This document shows, in pieces, positions 1 to 8,171 of a stretch of DNA of 64,000 nt. Both the position numbers and the translations under genes were made by a program. This DNA comes from a virus (lineage: Duplodnaviria > Caudoviricetes): positions 7,694 through 71,693 of the IMG/VR virus record IMGVR_UViG_3300037837_000037; one strand, written 5' to 3'. Numbering within the stretch: position 1 is the stretch's first letter; each line of letters starts with the position of its first letter. A model generated the notes under the pieces. It worked only from the letters and a program-made list of their open reading frames with translations. It was not told the origin of the DNA and ran no database searches.

Positions 1-46
1 TGCAGTGCGATAAAAGACATAAAAAAGGTACTAGCTACCTTAATAT

Positions 47-84
47 AAAAAAGTCCTTATACTGCATATATAAGGGCTTTTTTT
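47..84. terminator. bidirectional intrinsic terminator-like hairpin
   Basis: AAAAAAGTCCTTATA-7 nt-TATAAGGGCTTTTTTT inverted repeat with A-tract and T-tract flanks. Confidence 0.7.
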
Positions 85-438
85 ATGCCTGGATCCTAAA
101 TACATACAAGGCGATTCAGGTGTTCAGCTTCCGCACATCATTAACAAAAAGGATAATAATAATCGTAACTAGTCGTAACAGACGGATTGTAGTAGAAGTT
201 AGAGGGTGCAATGCTTACCCAGCAACATCTGACTTGAAGTTAAAAAATTAAAGCTTCTACTATAATGACGAGTGCAAGAGCTGTAATGTCAAGGCCACCT
301 GAAAAAGGTAAAAAGGTACAAATGCTGGATAAGACTAAGTTCGGGGAGGATAAACTACTAAGTAAATCCCCAACAACACTAACTTGACTATTTCAAGGAA
401 GTAAAGGGGACCGCTTTGAGTTAACTGAAATAAATACT

Positions 439-633
439 ATGAAAAAAATAGAAGTAGGACAAAGAGTTGAAGATGATTACTTAGGGAGTGGAGTTGTAAC
501 AGAAGTGGTATATGGGCATATTAAGGACGTATTCGCTTATATGATTAAGTTTGATACAACACCTCCATTGGATTACAATAGAGGTTCTAATCCTTGTTTA
601 AGGTTTGCAGGTAGCTTAGAGGTTATTAAATAA
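439..633 (+). CDS. small hypothetical protein (SH3/KOW-like pattern)
   Basis: 64-aa ORF, EVGQRV...GSGVVTEV pattern, followed by a terminator. Confidence 0.6.
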   Translation: MKKIEVGQRVEDDYLGSGVVTEVVYGHIKDVFAYMIKFDTTPPLDYNRGSNPCLRFAGSLEVIK

Positions 634-664
634 AAAAACCCAGTAACAATTAAGCTACTGGGTT
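632..664. terminator. terminator between convergent genes
   Basis: AACCCAGTA (637-645) / TACTGGGTT (656-664) stem with A7 tract on the left (U-tract for minus-strand transcripts). Confidence 0.7.
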
Positions 665-684
665 ATCATTTTAACAATTACTAT

Positions 685-1110
685 TTACTTTCCACTACTA
701 CCAAATCCTTTACCTCCTCTAGAAGTCTCAGACAGCTCTCCTACCTCTTTCAATTCAATATTAGGTATTGGCATTATAACTAACTGACCAACTCTCTCTC
801 CAGCTTCGTATATGCCGTTCATGGTTCCATCTTGCTTAAACCTAAGTTTAATTGGTCCTCTATAATTAGAATCTACCACTCCTACACTATTTGCTAATGT
901 TAAAGCTTTTTTACTAATGGAACTCCTGGGGAATAACAATCCAACATGTCCTTCAGGTATTTCTACTGCAATGTATGTGTTGTATTCTATGTATGCGTTA
1001 CTCATTGACCTATCTACTGTTATTGCAGTTAGATCTAATCCAGCATCTCCCGATTTAGAATAATTGGGTGTAACAGCTTCTTTAATAAGTTTCTTAAATT
1101 TTACTTTCAT
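685..1110 (-). CDS. dut: trimeric dUTPase
   Basis: motifs AGLDL, RSS, GVVDSNYRG, QLVI, RGGKGFGSSG; the ATG at 1110 is preferred over the ORF-track start at 1119. Confidence 0.95.
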   Translation of the reverse strand: MKVKFKKLIKEAVTPNYSKSGDAGLDLTAITVDRSMSNAYIEYNTYIAVEIPEGHVGLLFPRSSISKKALTLANSVGVVDSNYRGPIKLRFKQDGTMNGIYEAGERVGQLVIMPIPNIELKEVGELSETSRGGKGFGSSGK

Positions 1111-1112
1111 AA

Positions 1113-1259
1113 TTACCAATCTCTTCTTTGTTCTAATTCTCTTTCTCTTTCCATTTTTACTCCTTTAATAAATCCTTCCCTGAGCAATCTATTCTTTGCT
1201 TCCTCAATGGGATCTTTATCTATTGGGTAAACTTGTTCTGCTATTTTATTTATGCTCAT
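1113..1259 (-). CDS. 48-aa hypothetical protein (not in ORF track)
   Basis: hand translation MSINKIAEQVYPIDKDPIEEAKNRLLREGFIKGVKWKRESRIRTKRDW fills the gap; GFIKGxxW also occurs in 5132..5449. Confidence 0.6.
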   Translation of the reverse strand: MSINKIAEQVYPIDKDPIEEAKNRLLREGFIKGVKMERERELEQRRDW

Positions 1260-1263
1260 TGTT

Positions 1264-1488
1264 TTAACAATTAAAATTCATAAATCTATAACTCTCCATA
1301 TTCTTTTTTTCTACTTCAGAAGTCCATAATACCTTACTCATATCATCTTTACCTAAGTAAGAATAACTTACATAATTACACCCTGACAAGTAAGTTTTAA
1401 TCACAAGCATACCTTCGGTTGTCATGTGACTTTTTTGATACACTCGGTAAACGAATGTGCGGAGGAACCATTTTTTTAGTTTTTTCAT
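1264..1488 (-). CDS. hypothetical protein
   Basis: 74-aa ORF in operon orientation, ATGA overlap with upstream gene. Confidence 0.6.
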   Translation of the reverse strand: MKKLKKWFLRTFVYRVYQKSHMTTEGMLVIKTYLSGCNYVSYSYLGKDDMSKVLWTSEVEKKNMESYRFMNFNC

Positions 1489-1736
1489 AATTTTATAATT
1501 CTAAAATACCATTTATTAAATCTATAACCTTTATTCCTTAGATCGCATAAAGTTTTGTTAATAATACTTAAATCCTTCATAACCATACCATAACCAAATA
1601 TCCTAAACCTATAAAACCCTGTTGTATAAGCGCATGTAAACGCTTCTAATGAGTAAAGGTATACACTATATCCTTTTATGCTTAAATAACTCTCGTTGCT
1701 TATCTTAATTGCTTTCATAGTGCTAAATAAATACAA
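1485..1736 (-). CDS. hypothetical protein
   Basis: 83-aa ORF in operon orientation. Confidence 0.55.
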   Translation of the reverse strand: MYLFSTMKAIKISNESYLSIKGYSVYLYSLEAFTCAYTTGFYRFRIFGYGMVMKDLSIINKTLCDLRNKGYRFNKWYFRIIKL

Positions 1737-1772
1737 TTAATGACCGATAAAAAGACTTTTAACACCTGTTAA

Positions 1773-2306
1773 CTATTCCTTACTCTTGATTAAAGCGTAA
1801 TAACCTGGATCTAGGATTGAAATTTTGTGCATGTTTTCTTCGTAGTCAGCCATTAACTTCCTTCCTTCAATGTCATGCTCGTAAGTGTGATGGCAATCTA
1901 CGCAGTGATAAGTGATGTTGCTAACTACCGCTTCAAGTTTCTTGTTTTGACCTGTAGGGACCAAGTGCGAGTGAGTTAAGTTACTCCCCACGCCACAACC
2001 AGTGCAAAAATGCGGGATGCTCTCAGCAAGTAAGTCGTATGCTTTGTGTTTATTCTTTATATTCCTACCTTCCCGTTTAGACACTTTATTAGGACCAGCA
2101 ATATTAACTTTGATCGGTTTTTTACTTGGTTTTAACGGGGTTCTTTTTAAAGTATGAACCTTTTTCTCTTTTACTGCATATTGCTTGAGATCCTTATGTT
2201 CTTTGCACAAAAAGTTCTTTCCTACCTCAGTACATTCTGTGATTTGCATACAGTGTCTACATATTGCTGTTTCCATAATTGCGAATATAGCATAAAAAAA
2301 GCTCAA
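1773..2306 (-). CDS. NinG/HNH-like zinc-binding nuclease
   Basis: CxxC..HSH...CxxCH pattern (CTGCG, THSHL, CVDCHH); true start may be the ATG at 2276. Confidence 0.6.
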   Translation of the reverse strand: MSFFYAIFAIMETAICRHCMQITECTEVGKNFLCKEHKDLKQYAVKEKKVHTLKRTPLKPSKKPIKVNIAGPNKVSKREGRNIKNKHKAYDLLAESIPHFCTGCGVGSNLTHSHLVPTGQNKKLEAVVSNITYHCVDCHHTYEHDIEGRKLMADYEENMHKISILDPGYYALIKSKE

Positions 2307-2377
2307 TACTTAGTACTGAGCTTCTAATCGGAATTTATCCTCTCCGACAATAAAATGCGGGAGAACAAAGATATAAT

Positions 2378-2674
2378 TTATCCCTCTATATAATCATACT
2401 TCTTTAATATTTTATGTATATCAATATTTGCATAATCATAAACCAACTCTTCATTGTAAATAAAACTAAACCTTATACACTTATCTCCTTGAACTATCAT
2501 GCAATCACTATTCATATAATCACCCAAGTCAGCTAACTCATCAAAGGTTAAACACTTCAACTCATCTAAAACATAAGCAACAGCTTCTTTATGAACACAC
2601 TCTATAGCTTCTCCAGCGAAATAAACAATGTCACAACTTAATACCTCTACTTCTGTTTGTTCTTCTGTACTCAT
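2378..2674 (-). CDS. acidic hypothetical protein
   Basis: 98-aa ORF; TAACTTTA -7-like box 4 nt upstream of ATG. Confidence 0.65.
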   Translation of the reverse strand: MSTEEQTEVEVLSCDIVYFAGEAIECVHKEAVAYVLDELKCLTFDELADLGDYMNSDCMIVQGDKCIRFSFIYNEELVYDYANIDIHKILKKYDYIEG

Positions 2675-2706
2675 GAAATAAAGTTAGGGAATATTATTTA
2701 AATAAA

Positions 2707-3141
2707 TTAACTCCAGTATTTTAATTCAGCTTCTTTACGAGCAGCTATCGCTTCTTCTTTGTTTTCAAAAGCCCCTAAATGGACACGTTTACCTCCGTAA
2801 CTTATCCTAGCAGTCCATTTAAGACCTCTAGACTCTCTAAAATGAACACCTCTACATCCAGAAGTATTGTCTTTCCTTATGTTTTGATTTCTACACTGTG
2901 TAGTTTGATCCGCCCACCTACAGTTAGAACTGCTATAACTCTTATTACTATCTATCCTGTCTAAAGTTTTCCCTTCAGGTCTCACCCCCATATCAGCCAA
3001 GAACGTTTCAAAAGAATTTACCCAGGTACTGCATACGCTTATTCCTTTTCCTCCGTAAATAGAATAATCTTTGTGATTTGGATTTGAACACCTTTCCTTC
3101 ATTCCTCTCCAGGAATCATAACCTTTAATATTACTTATCAT
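2707..3141 (-). CDS. HNH homing endonuclease with C-terminal AP2 domain
   Basis: W..MK.RC.NPN...Y..YGGKGI, TLDRID...Y..SNCRWA (HNH_3 type); GV...KWTARI...KRVHLGAF..KEEAIAARK (AP2). Confidence 0.9.
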   Translation of the reverse strand: MISNIKGYDSWRGMKERCSNPNHKDYSIYGGKGISVCSTWVNSFETFLADMGVRPEGKTLDRIDSNKSYSSSNCRWADQTTQCRNQNIRKDNTSGCRGVHFRESRGLKWTARISYGGKRVHLGAFENKEEAIAARKEAELKYWS

Positions 3142-3231
3142 AAAATAAAAAAACCATTAAGCTTTCGTGGTCGTGACACTACTCGCTTAATGGAATTATA
3201 ATGATTTTTAAATGTAGTCACGACTCTACAT
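3142..3231 (-). ncRNA. structured 5' leader (two kissing hairpins plus terminator) of the HNH-AP2 gene
   Basis: hairpin 3231-3212 with loop AGUCGUGA; hairpin 3193-3154 with GAGUA/GAAA internal loop and apical loop UCACGAC; U7 tract, then AUG. Confidence 0.7.
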
Positions 3232-3234
3232 CGG

Positions 3235-3264
3235 TAAATGTATTAAAAATTATGGGTTAAGCAA
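3235..3264 (-). promoter_or_regulatory. Bacteroidota-type housekeeping sigma promoter
   Basis: TTG (3264-3262)-N19-TACATTTA (3242-3235); predicted +1 at 3231. Confidence 0.65.
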
Positions 3265-4460
3265 CACACTTGACCTTCTTTTTTATGGTGTATAAACGCT
3301 TCTATAGCTTGTTTCGCATGTGTATAACCTGAATCAAAATGCCATAAGTCAGCGGGAGAAGGACTTCTCAAGTGTTGAACAGTAACCCCTTGGTAATCTT
3401 TTGCAGATTGAAACTTAACCTTTATTTGATGGTGAAAGTGATGTAAGTAAAAATATCTGTAGTATGTTTCACCCCATATCTTAGGAGCTTCATTAGCCAT
3501 TAAAAGAGGAGCGTCTGCTGCTTTAAACTTATCACCATGACTTAATCCAATCAAGTTATTACCCCATTTAAAATACTTCCTATGCCTGACGTTTAAATCA
3601 AAAGTGATATTTGCACTTTTTCTAAACCAACTAGAGATAGAATCAGCTAACATCCACCCTGACACGTAGTCATGGTTAGACATGACGTGAACAACTTCAA
3701 CATCAGCTACTGTAAGCAACGATTCTATAACATCTACATACATCTGCTTAGCAATCCTAAAACCCTCGTACCATCTATTAGAAACGTCCTGAGGAGTACC
3801 TCTAGTTGTGGTGTTTGTAACATTATCCACATTCAAAACATCATTCCCAATAATTAGTACGATTTTTTCCAGGGGGAAACCAGAAGCTTTCTGTAAAATA
3901 CCTTCTATAGCTTCTTTTACTCTTTTAACAGCTATTTCAGAATTATAAACACCTCCAGTCTCTTCTTCTGTTGCTTTTTTATTTACATGAATGTCCGCTG
4001 GATCTATAACAAGCAAATGCTTATCTGTTATAGGTTTTCTTTTGTAAGTTTTATAAGTCGGGGAGTATTTCCCCATCTCGTTAACGAAGTCAGCTCTCAT
4101 CTCATCAAAACTCACCACTTCACTTACATTCTTCACAAAGATACTAGCACCATTCTTATCTTTCAACCAAGCATGTTTCCATTTAGCACCACTTGCTTCA
4201 GTAAGGCCATTGTCAAGCATTTGCTTTTCAACTTTATCCATATACTCTTCTGGGATAAGAACCTTATCTTTTTTAGTAAATGGATCTTCAAATTTTCTGT
4301 GTGCTGTATAGTCAGGATGTTGGTTTAACGCTCTCCCTACCCTTGAATTATCAAAACTAACATTATACTTGCTAGTCATCATTTTGGCTATTTGCCGTTG
4401 TGTAAAACCTTTGTGATGTAATGCAATAAACTCGTCAATATTATCGTTATACTTTCCCAT
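3243..4460 (-). CDS. calcineurin-like metallophosphoesterase with N-terminal HTH-like region
   Basis: DPADIH, GNDVLNVD, SNHD, SHGD and HHFHH metal-binding motifs. Confidence 0.8.
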   Translation of the reverse strand: MGKYNDNIDEFIALHHKGFTQRQIAKMMTSKYNVSFDNSRVGRALNQHPDYTAHRKFEDPFTKKDKVLIPEEYMDKVEKQMLDNGLTEASGAKWKHAWLKDKNGASIFVKNVSEVVSFDEMRADFVNEMGKYSPTYKTYKRKPITDKHLLVIDPADIHVNKKATEEETGGVYNSEIAVKRVKEAIEGILQKASGFPLEKIVLIIGNDVLNVDNVTNTTTRGTPQDVSNRWYEGFRIAKQMYVDVIESLLTVADVEVVHVMSNHDYVSGWMLADSISSWFRKSANITFDLNVRHRKYFKWGNNLIGLSHGDKFKAADAPLLMANEAPKIWGETYYRYFYLHHFHHQIKVKFQSAKDYQGVTVQHLRSPSPADLWHFDSGYTHAKQAIEAFIHHKKEGQVCCLTHNF

Positions 4461-4467
4461 AGTGCTG

Positions 4468-4513
4468 TAAATGTACCAAAAAAAATAGTAACGTTAAATT
4501 TTAACGTTACTAT
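4468..4513 (-). promoter_or_regulatory. promoter overlapped by a 29-bp palindrome (terminator or operator)
   Basis: TTA-N19-TACATTTA (4475-4468); ATAGTAACGTTAAA-T-TTTAACGTTACTAT at 4485-4513 next to an A-tract. Confidence 0.55.
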
Positions 4514-4906
4514 AGAGTATTAAACATATTGAAAATAATATGAAAGTATTAGTGATTATTTCTCCAGTGGCTAAGTGCATTTTTTAATTATATGATTACT
4601 ATAATAGCGATATAAGCTCCATATCTTACATTTTGCTACTGGGGTAGCCGTTTCCCACAATCTAAACACTTTCGTTTAGTTATTTCTTCTTCATCTCTTT
4701 CTGCTATGGAGCAAGTGCATTGGTCGGTCATAATCTACTTTTTATTTGTTAGTTGTGGTGGGGGTTAATTGTCATAATCCCCTTTTAAATATCTAAAAAT
4801 AAACTTTCCTACTATCAGCCCTGAAACTATTATTACAAACTGTTTTAAAATCTCTATTGTTCCCATCCTCTTATTTTTAAAGTTAATTTTTCTGTTTATT
4901 CGGGGG

Positions 4907-5089
4907 TTAGTTTAAAACCCAGTAAATAATATTAGCTAATAACACGACCTTTAATAAAGGTACTTTATTAACAAAAACATCAAGTCCATAAATAACGTTA
5001 ATCCATTGTCTTAATCCTTTTGGATTTATTGTTAACTCAAGTAGTTTCCATCCTTTAGGGTAATACTCTGTTCTAAATTCCTTTTCCAT
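4907..5089 (-). CDS. small hypothetical protein, hydrophobic C-terminus
   Basis: 60-aa ORF in operon orientation. Confidence 0.5.
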   Translation of the reverse strand: MEKEFRTEYYPKGWKLLELTINPKGLRQWINVIYGLDVFVNKVPLLKVVLLANIIYWVLN

Positions 5090-5131
5090 ATCTCAATTTT
5101 TAAATTACTGTTATTATTTACTTGTTGGGGG

Positions 5132-5449
5132 TTACTTTTTTGTTAGTTGTTCAAATGCCCATTGTGCGCCTTTGATGAATCCTTGCATTTGTTGCCCTCT
5201 ATCATGTTCTATTCTATCAACTATACTTTCGGGATATAAAATTTGACTTTCCTTTATTGATTGTTTTATAAACTTTTTACGGTTTAGCTGCTCCTTTTCC
5301 GCTTTTGCTGTAAATTCTGATTGTTTCGTTTCGTTCATTGGTTTACTGGCAGGAAGTTGATAGCCTGCAGCCATTCCTACTGCAATTGCTGATTTTGACA
5401 TATCAGGAACTTTGTTTCCTATTGCTATTTTGTTTTCGTCGGTTTTCAT
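5132..5449 (-). CDS. hypothetical protein
   Basis: 105-aa ORF ending QGFIKGAQWAFEQL. Confidence 0.65.
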   Translation of the reverse strand: MKTDENKIAIGNKVPDMSKSAIAVGMAAGYQLPASKPMNETKQSEFTAKAEKEQLNRKKFIKQSIKESQILYPESIVDRIEHDRGQQMQGFIKGAQWAFEQLTKK

Positions 5450-5453
5450 AACT

Positions 5454-5783
5454 CTAATTTAATAATTCCTGATCTTGCAATAACTCTTGCAACTCTTTAG
5501 GCATTTCATCTTCCTCTTCTTCTGATTCAACTTCTGCTGAAGCAGTTTTTTCAAATCTCCAAGTAGCAAATGCTGGTTCCTGCCATCTATCAATTAATGC
5601 AATAGGAACCCTTGGATTAGTAATCTCTTCAAGCAATACTCCAACCACAATATCATTATTATCATGAAAACCCCTAATAGTATACTCATCCCCTTCTTTT
5701 ACCCAATTAGGAACAACTACAGGGTTTTGATCACTTGGACGTACATCATTTACACATTTCACCGTATCACCTATACCAAACAT
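5454..5783 (-). CDS. hypothetical protein with acidic tail
   Basis: 109 aa; GD.VKCVND...EGDEYTIR SH3-like pattern. Confidence 0.7.
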   Translation of the reverse strand: MFGIGDTVKCVNDVRPSDQNPVVVPNWVKEGDEYTIRGFHDNNDIVVGVLLEEITNPRVPIALIDRWQEPAFATWRFEKTASAEVESEEEEDEMPKELQELLQDQELLN

Positions 5784-5784
5784 C

Positions 5785-6015
5785 TCAATTTTTCTTTAAA
5801 TGATTAAACTCTTCATTTTCTATATTCGCGGGAGTACCAACCAAGTACCTTTCATGCACACAATCAACATCTCCTACACTTCCATCAATATAATCTTCTG
5901 TTACCTCTATATAAACTAAATCATTCTTCTTATACTTAAACACTCCCCTTACAACCCTTCCGTAAATATTAAACTCTAAAATACTACCTGGCTTAAACCC
6001 AAACTCATTTCTCAT
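5785..6015 (-). CDS. hypothetical protein
   Basis: 76-aa ORF tightly packed in the operon. Confidence 0.65.
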   Translation of the reverse strand: MRNEFGFKPGSILEFNIYGRVVRGVFKYKKNDLVYIEVTEDYIDGSVGDVDCVHERYLVGTPANIENEEFNHLKKN

Positions 6016-6163
6016 CTTGCATACTTTTAAATAATTTAACCTCCTCCTCTAACCTCTCAACTAAAGCAGTACTAGCAAACACCCTCCCTTGTTGTTGTTT
6101 TAACTTTACCTTAGCCTTTTTTAAAGCCATCTTAGCAATCCCTATCTTATCTTCTATAGTCAT
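6005..6163 (-). CDS. 52-aa basic coiled-coil protein (not in ORF track)
   Basis: hand translation MTIEDKIGIAKMALKKAKVKLKQQQGRVFASTALVERLEEEVKLFKSMQDEK; overlaps the next start. Confidence 0.6.
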   Translation of the reverse strand: MTIEDKIGIAKMALKKAKVKLKQQQGRVFASTALVERLEEEVKLFKSMQDEK

Positions 6164-6174
6164 AATACAATATC

Positions 6175-6471
6175 TTTTTAAAAAGGATTAGGAGCTATGT
6201 CAAACCCCTAATCCTTTACCCCATCTGCAAATCTTATCACTACAATAAGATCATGTAAGAACGACCTTTAATATTTTAAAAACTCTCCAACGTCCTCCAA
6301 GTGCGGAGTAAAGGTGGTTAATGATGCCTCCCTAACCTACGTCTTACCTACGAACCCTTACCTAATCTCAAAGCTAACACCTTGGAAGTGTTGTGAGTCA
6401 TAGTTTATTTTTTTCAAAGTGAGTTATTGCTCACGGAATCACATTGCTTATCCTTTAGCGTTGGAGAGTTT
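6175..6471 (-). ncRNA. candidate structured non-coding RNA
   Basis: 13-bp perfect inverted repeat (6280-6292 / 6459-6471) encloses several hairpins; further hairpins at 6231-6251 and 6182-6217; no ORF of 60 aa or more. Confidence 0.55.
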
Positions 6472-6474
6472 ATT

Positions 6475-6948
6475 TTACTTTATCTTAAAATACACCTCTA
6501 ATAAATCCTTGTGATGTTTTAGAAAGTGGTCACGCAATTTTTCGGTTGGAAAGGATAATTCAAAAAAAGTATTACAGAAATAATTTTTTTGAATTCTATT
6601 TTCAAATCTTTTTATGATGTATTTATAACTACCACCCTCCCAATCCGCGACCCAATCCCCCACATAAGCCTTTCGTAGTTGTAACAACTGGGATAAAGCT
6701 AAAGATGATTCAGCGTCTTGTTTGGTTGGGAATATTTTTTTATTAGAAGAACTTTCTGTAGTTGCATAGTATACTGTGTTATTATTTAACTCATTATCAA
6801 AATAATAACCACTAACACACTTTAACCCCTCCCAACTCGTCGGATACTCATCCTCCACCTTCTTAAATACTACATTACCATCTGCTAAAGACGATTTTTC
6901 TAAGTCAATTACGTGACCTTTTGGAATTTCAATGTTTACTGATTTCAT
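6475..6948 (-). CDS. hypothetical protein of a family I recall from Bacteroidota phages
   Basis: P.SWE...FPTKQDAESSLALSQLLQLRKAY..DW..DW...ELSFPTEKLRDHFL. Confidence 0.75.
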   Translation of the reverse strand: MKSVNIEIPKGHVIDLEKSSLADGNVVFKKVEDEYPTSWEGLKCVSGYYFDNELNNNTVYYATTESSSNKKIFPTKQDAESSLALSQLLQLRKAYVGDWVADWEGGSYKYIIKRFENRIQKNYFCNTFFELSFPTEKLRDHFLKHHKDLLEVYFKIK

Positions 6949-7000
6949 TTGATTTTGTTTTATTTTTTAATACTCAATTTTCTAATTTTGCGGGGAACCA

Positions 7001-7345
7001 CTATATAAACAACTCATTATCTTTTAACCACTTCCTCTCACTACACTCCTCAACCAATAACCCATCATATACCCCCATACCACTTATACTAAACATCTTT
7101 TCCCCCCTCACAGTAAAATCTAAACTAATACCCAACCTATCACTGTAATAAACACCCCCCTTCATCTGATAACAATCAACCCCTATCATAACATACTCAG
7201 GATATAAACCTAACCTAGCATCACTGTTCAAAAACATGCAAACATCTTTAGCCATACTGTAATCATCAATCCAAGCAACCTGCTTGCCATCACCATCAAC
7301 AATACCCTTACCGAACTTCCTTAATATACTATACCTTTTTTCCAT
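7001..7345 (-). CDS. hypothetical protein
   Basis: 114-aa ORF, strongly G/T-rich coding strand. Confidence 0.65.
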   Translation of the reverse strand: MEKRYSILRKFGKGIVDGDGKQVAWIDDYSMAKDVCMFLNSDARLGLYPEYVMIGVDCYQMKGGVYYSDRLGISLDFTVRGEKMFSISGMGVYDGLLVEECSERKWLKDNELFI

Positions 7346-7407
7346 ACCGCTAATCTATAAACTATTATCCATCTTGCAATAATATTAACATACCTTAACG
7401 TTGACTA

Positions 7408-8094
7408 TTAAAAGGTCTTTGTCCTACCTAGTTTTAAATTGTTTTTACGTACCATTTCCGCAATATCTCCTTTTGTAAACCCTTTAAAATCACTAGGATC
7501 TTTAGATGTATCTTTCTTTACAACCACTTGCATCTGCTCAACATAATTATCATTAAGACCCTCTCTAAGCTTTTCATCAAACTTCTTTGCGAAATCCTCT
7601 TCAATCTCCTTCTTGATTTTATTTTTCGGAGCAGGTATCCTTACCGACTCAGTCATCGGCTTGCTAAAAAAGAGAGTCTCATCCTTATCTATACACCCTA
7701 CAGCAGTTAAGTATTTGAGAACCCCGCTTCTTGACACTTTTAAAACACTAGATATGTAAGTTGCGTTTTTTCCATCTTCATACATCTTGACAATCCTACA
7801 TACCTGCCCCTTAGAAGCGAAAAAGATAAGGTTTTTAACCGCTACGTTTAAATTAACACCATCAAACCACTCACCTATACCTCTTCTATCATGAAATAAA
7901 TCATGCATCCACTTCTCAACATCAGCATAGTTATCTATAGGCTTAGTGTAGTGGTACAACCTCATCTTACATCCAGACTGAGTCATTATAGCTTGAAACC
8001 TTTTCTTCGGATTGCCAGAGTAGCCAATCTTAACCCTTTTATTTTCTTCATTTAGTATCAAATAAACACTACGGACATTCTTTCTTATCTTCAT
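7408..8094 (-). CDS. T5orf172/GIY-YIG-like domain protein with HTH-like C-terminal part
   Basis: VYLI...VKIGYS.NP.KR...I.TQSG...VEKWMH..F...R..GEWF; then a helix-turn-helix-like segment (ATYISSVLKVSRSGVLKYL). Confidence 0.75.
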   Translation of the reverse strand: MKIRKNVRSVYLILNEENKRVKIGYSGNPKKRFQAIMTQSGCKMRLYHYTKPIDNYADVEKWMHDLFHDRRGIGEWFDGVNLNVAVKNLIFFASKGQVCRIVKMYEDGKNATYISSVLKVSRSGVLKYLTAVGCIDKDETLFFSKPMTESVRIPAPKNKIKKEIEEDFAKKFDEKLREGLNDNYVEQMQVVVKKDTSKDPSDFKGFTKGDIAEMVRKNNLKLGRTKTF

Positions 8095-8098
8095 ATAT

Positions 8099-8125
8099 CA
8101 AATATAACACTTTTAAAAGTGTTAT
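8099..8125 (-). promoter_or_regulatory. -7 promoter box overlapped by a 22-bp perfect palindrome
   Basis: TATATTTG (8106-8099) 4 nt before ATG; ATAACACTTTTAAAAGTGTTAT at 8104-8125. Confidence 0.6.
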
Positions 8126-8154
8126 TTAGTGTAACTCCGTAATTTAACCCTCTT

Positions 8155-8171
8155 ATGCAACAATGTTGCAT
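8155..8171. repeat. 8-1-8 palindrome ATGCAACA-A-TGTTGCAT
   Basis: near-identical inverted copy at 9011-9027; related TTGTTGCAACAA at 8299-8310. Confidence 0.8.

Noticed and set aside
3154-3193. Hammerhead ribozyme (CGAAA present)
   Set aside because: The CUGAnGA core is absent; the AGUA/GAA loop-E reading fits better.
6280-6471. Retron msr-msd or DGR template interpretation of the 13-bp inverted repeat
   Set aside because: No reverse transcriptase and no adenine-variant repeat pair were seen in the window; kept only as a generic ncRNA candidate.
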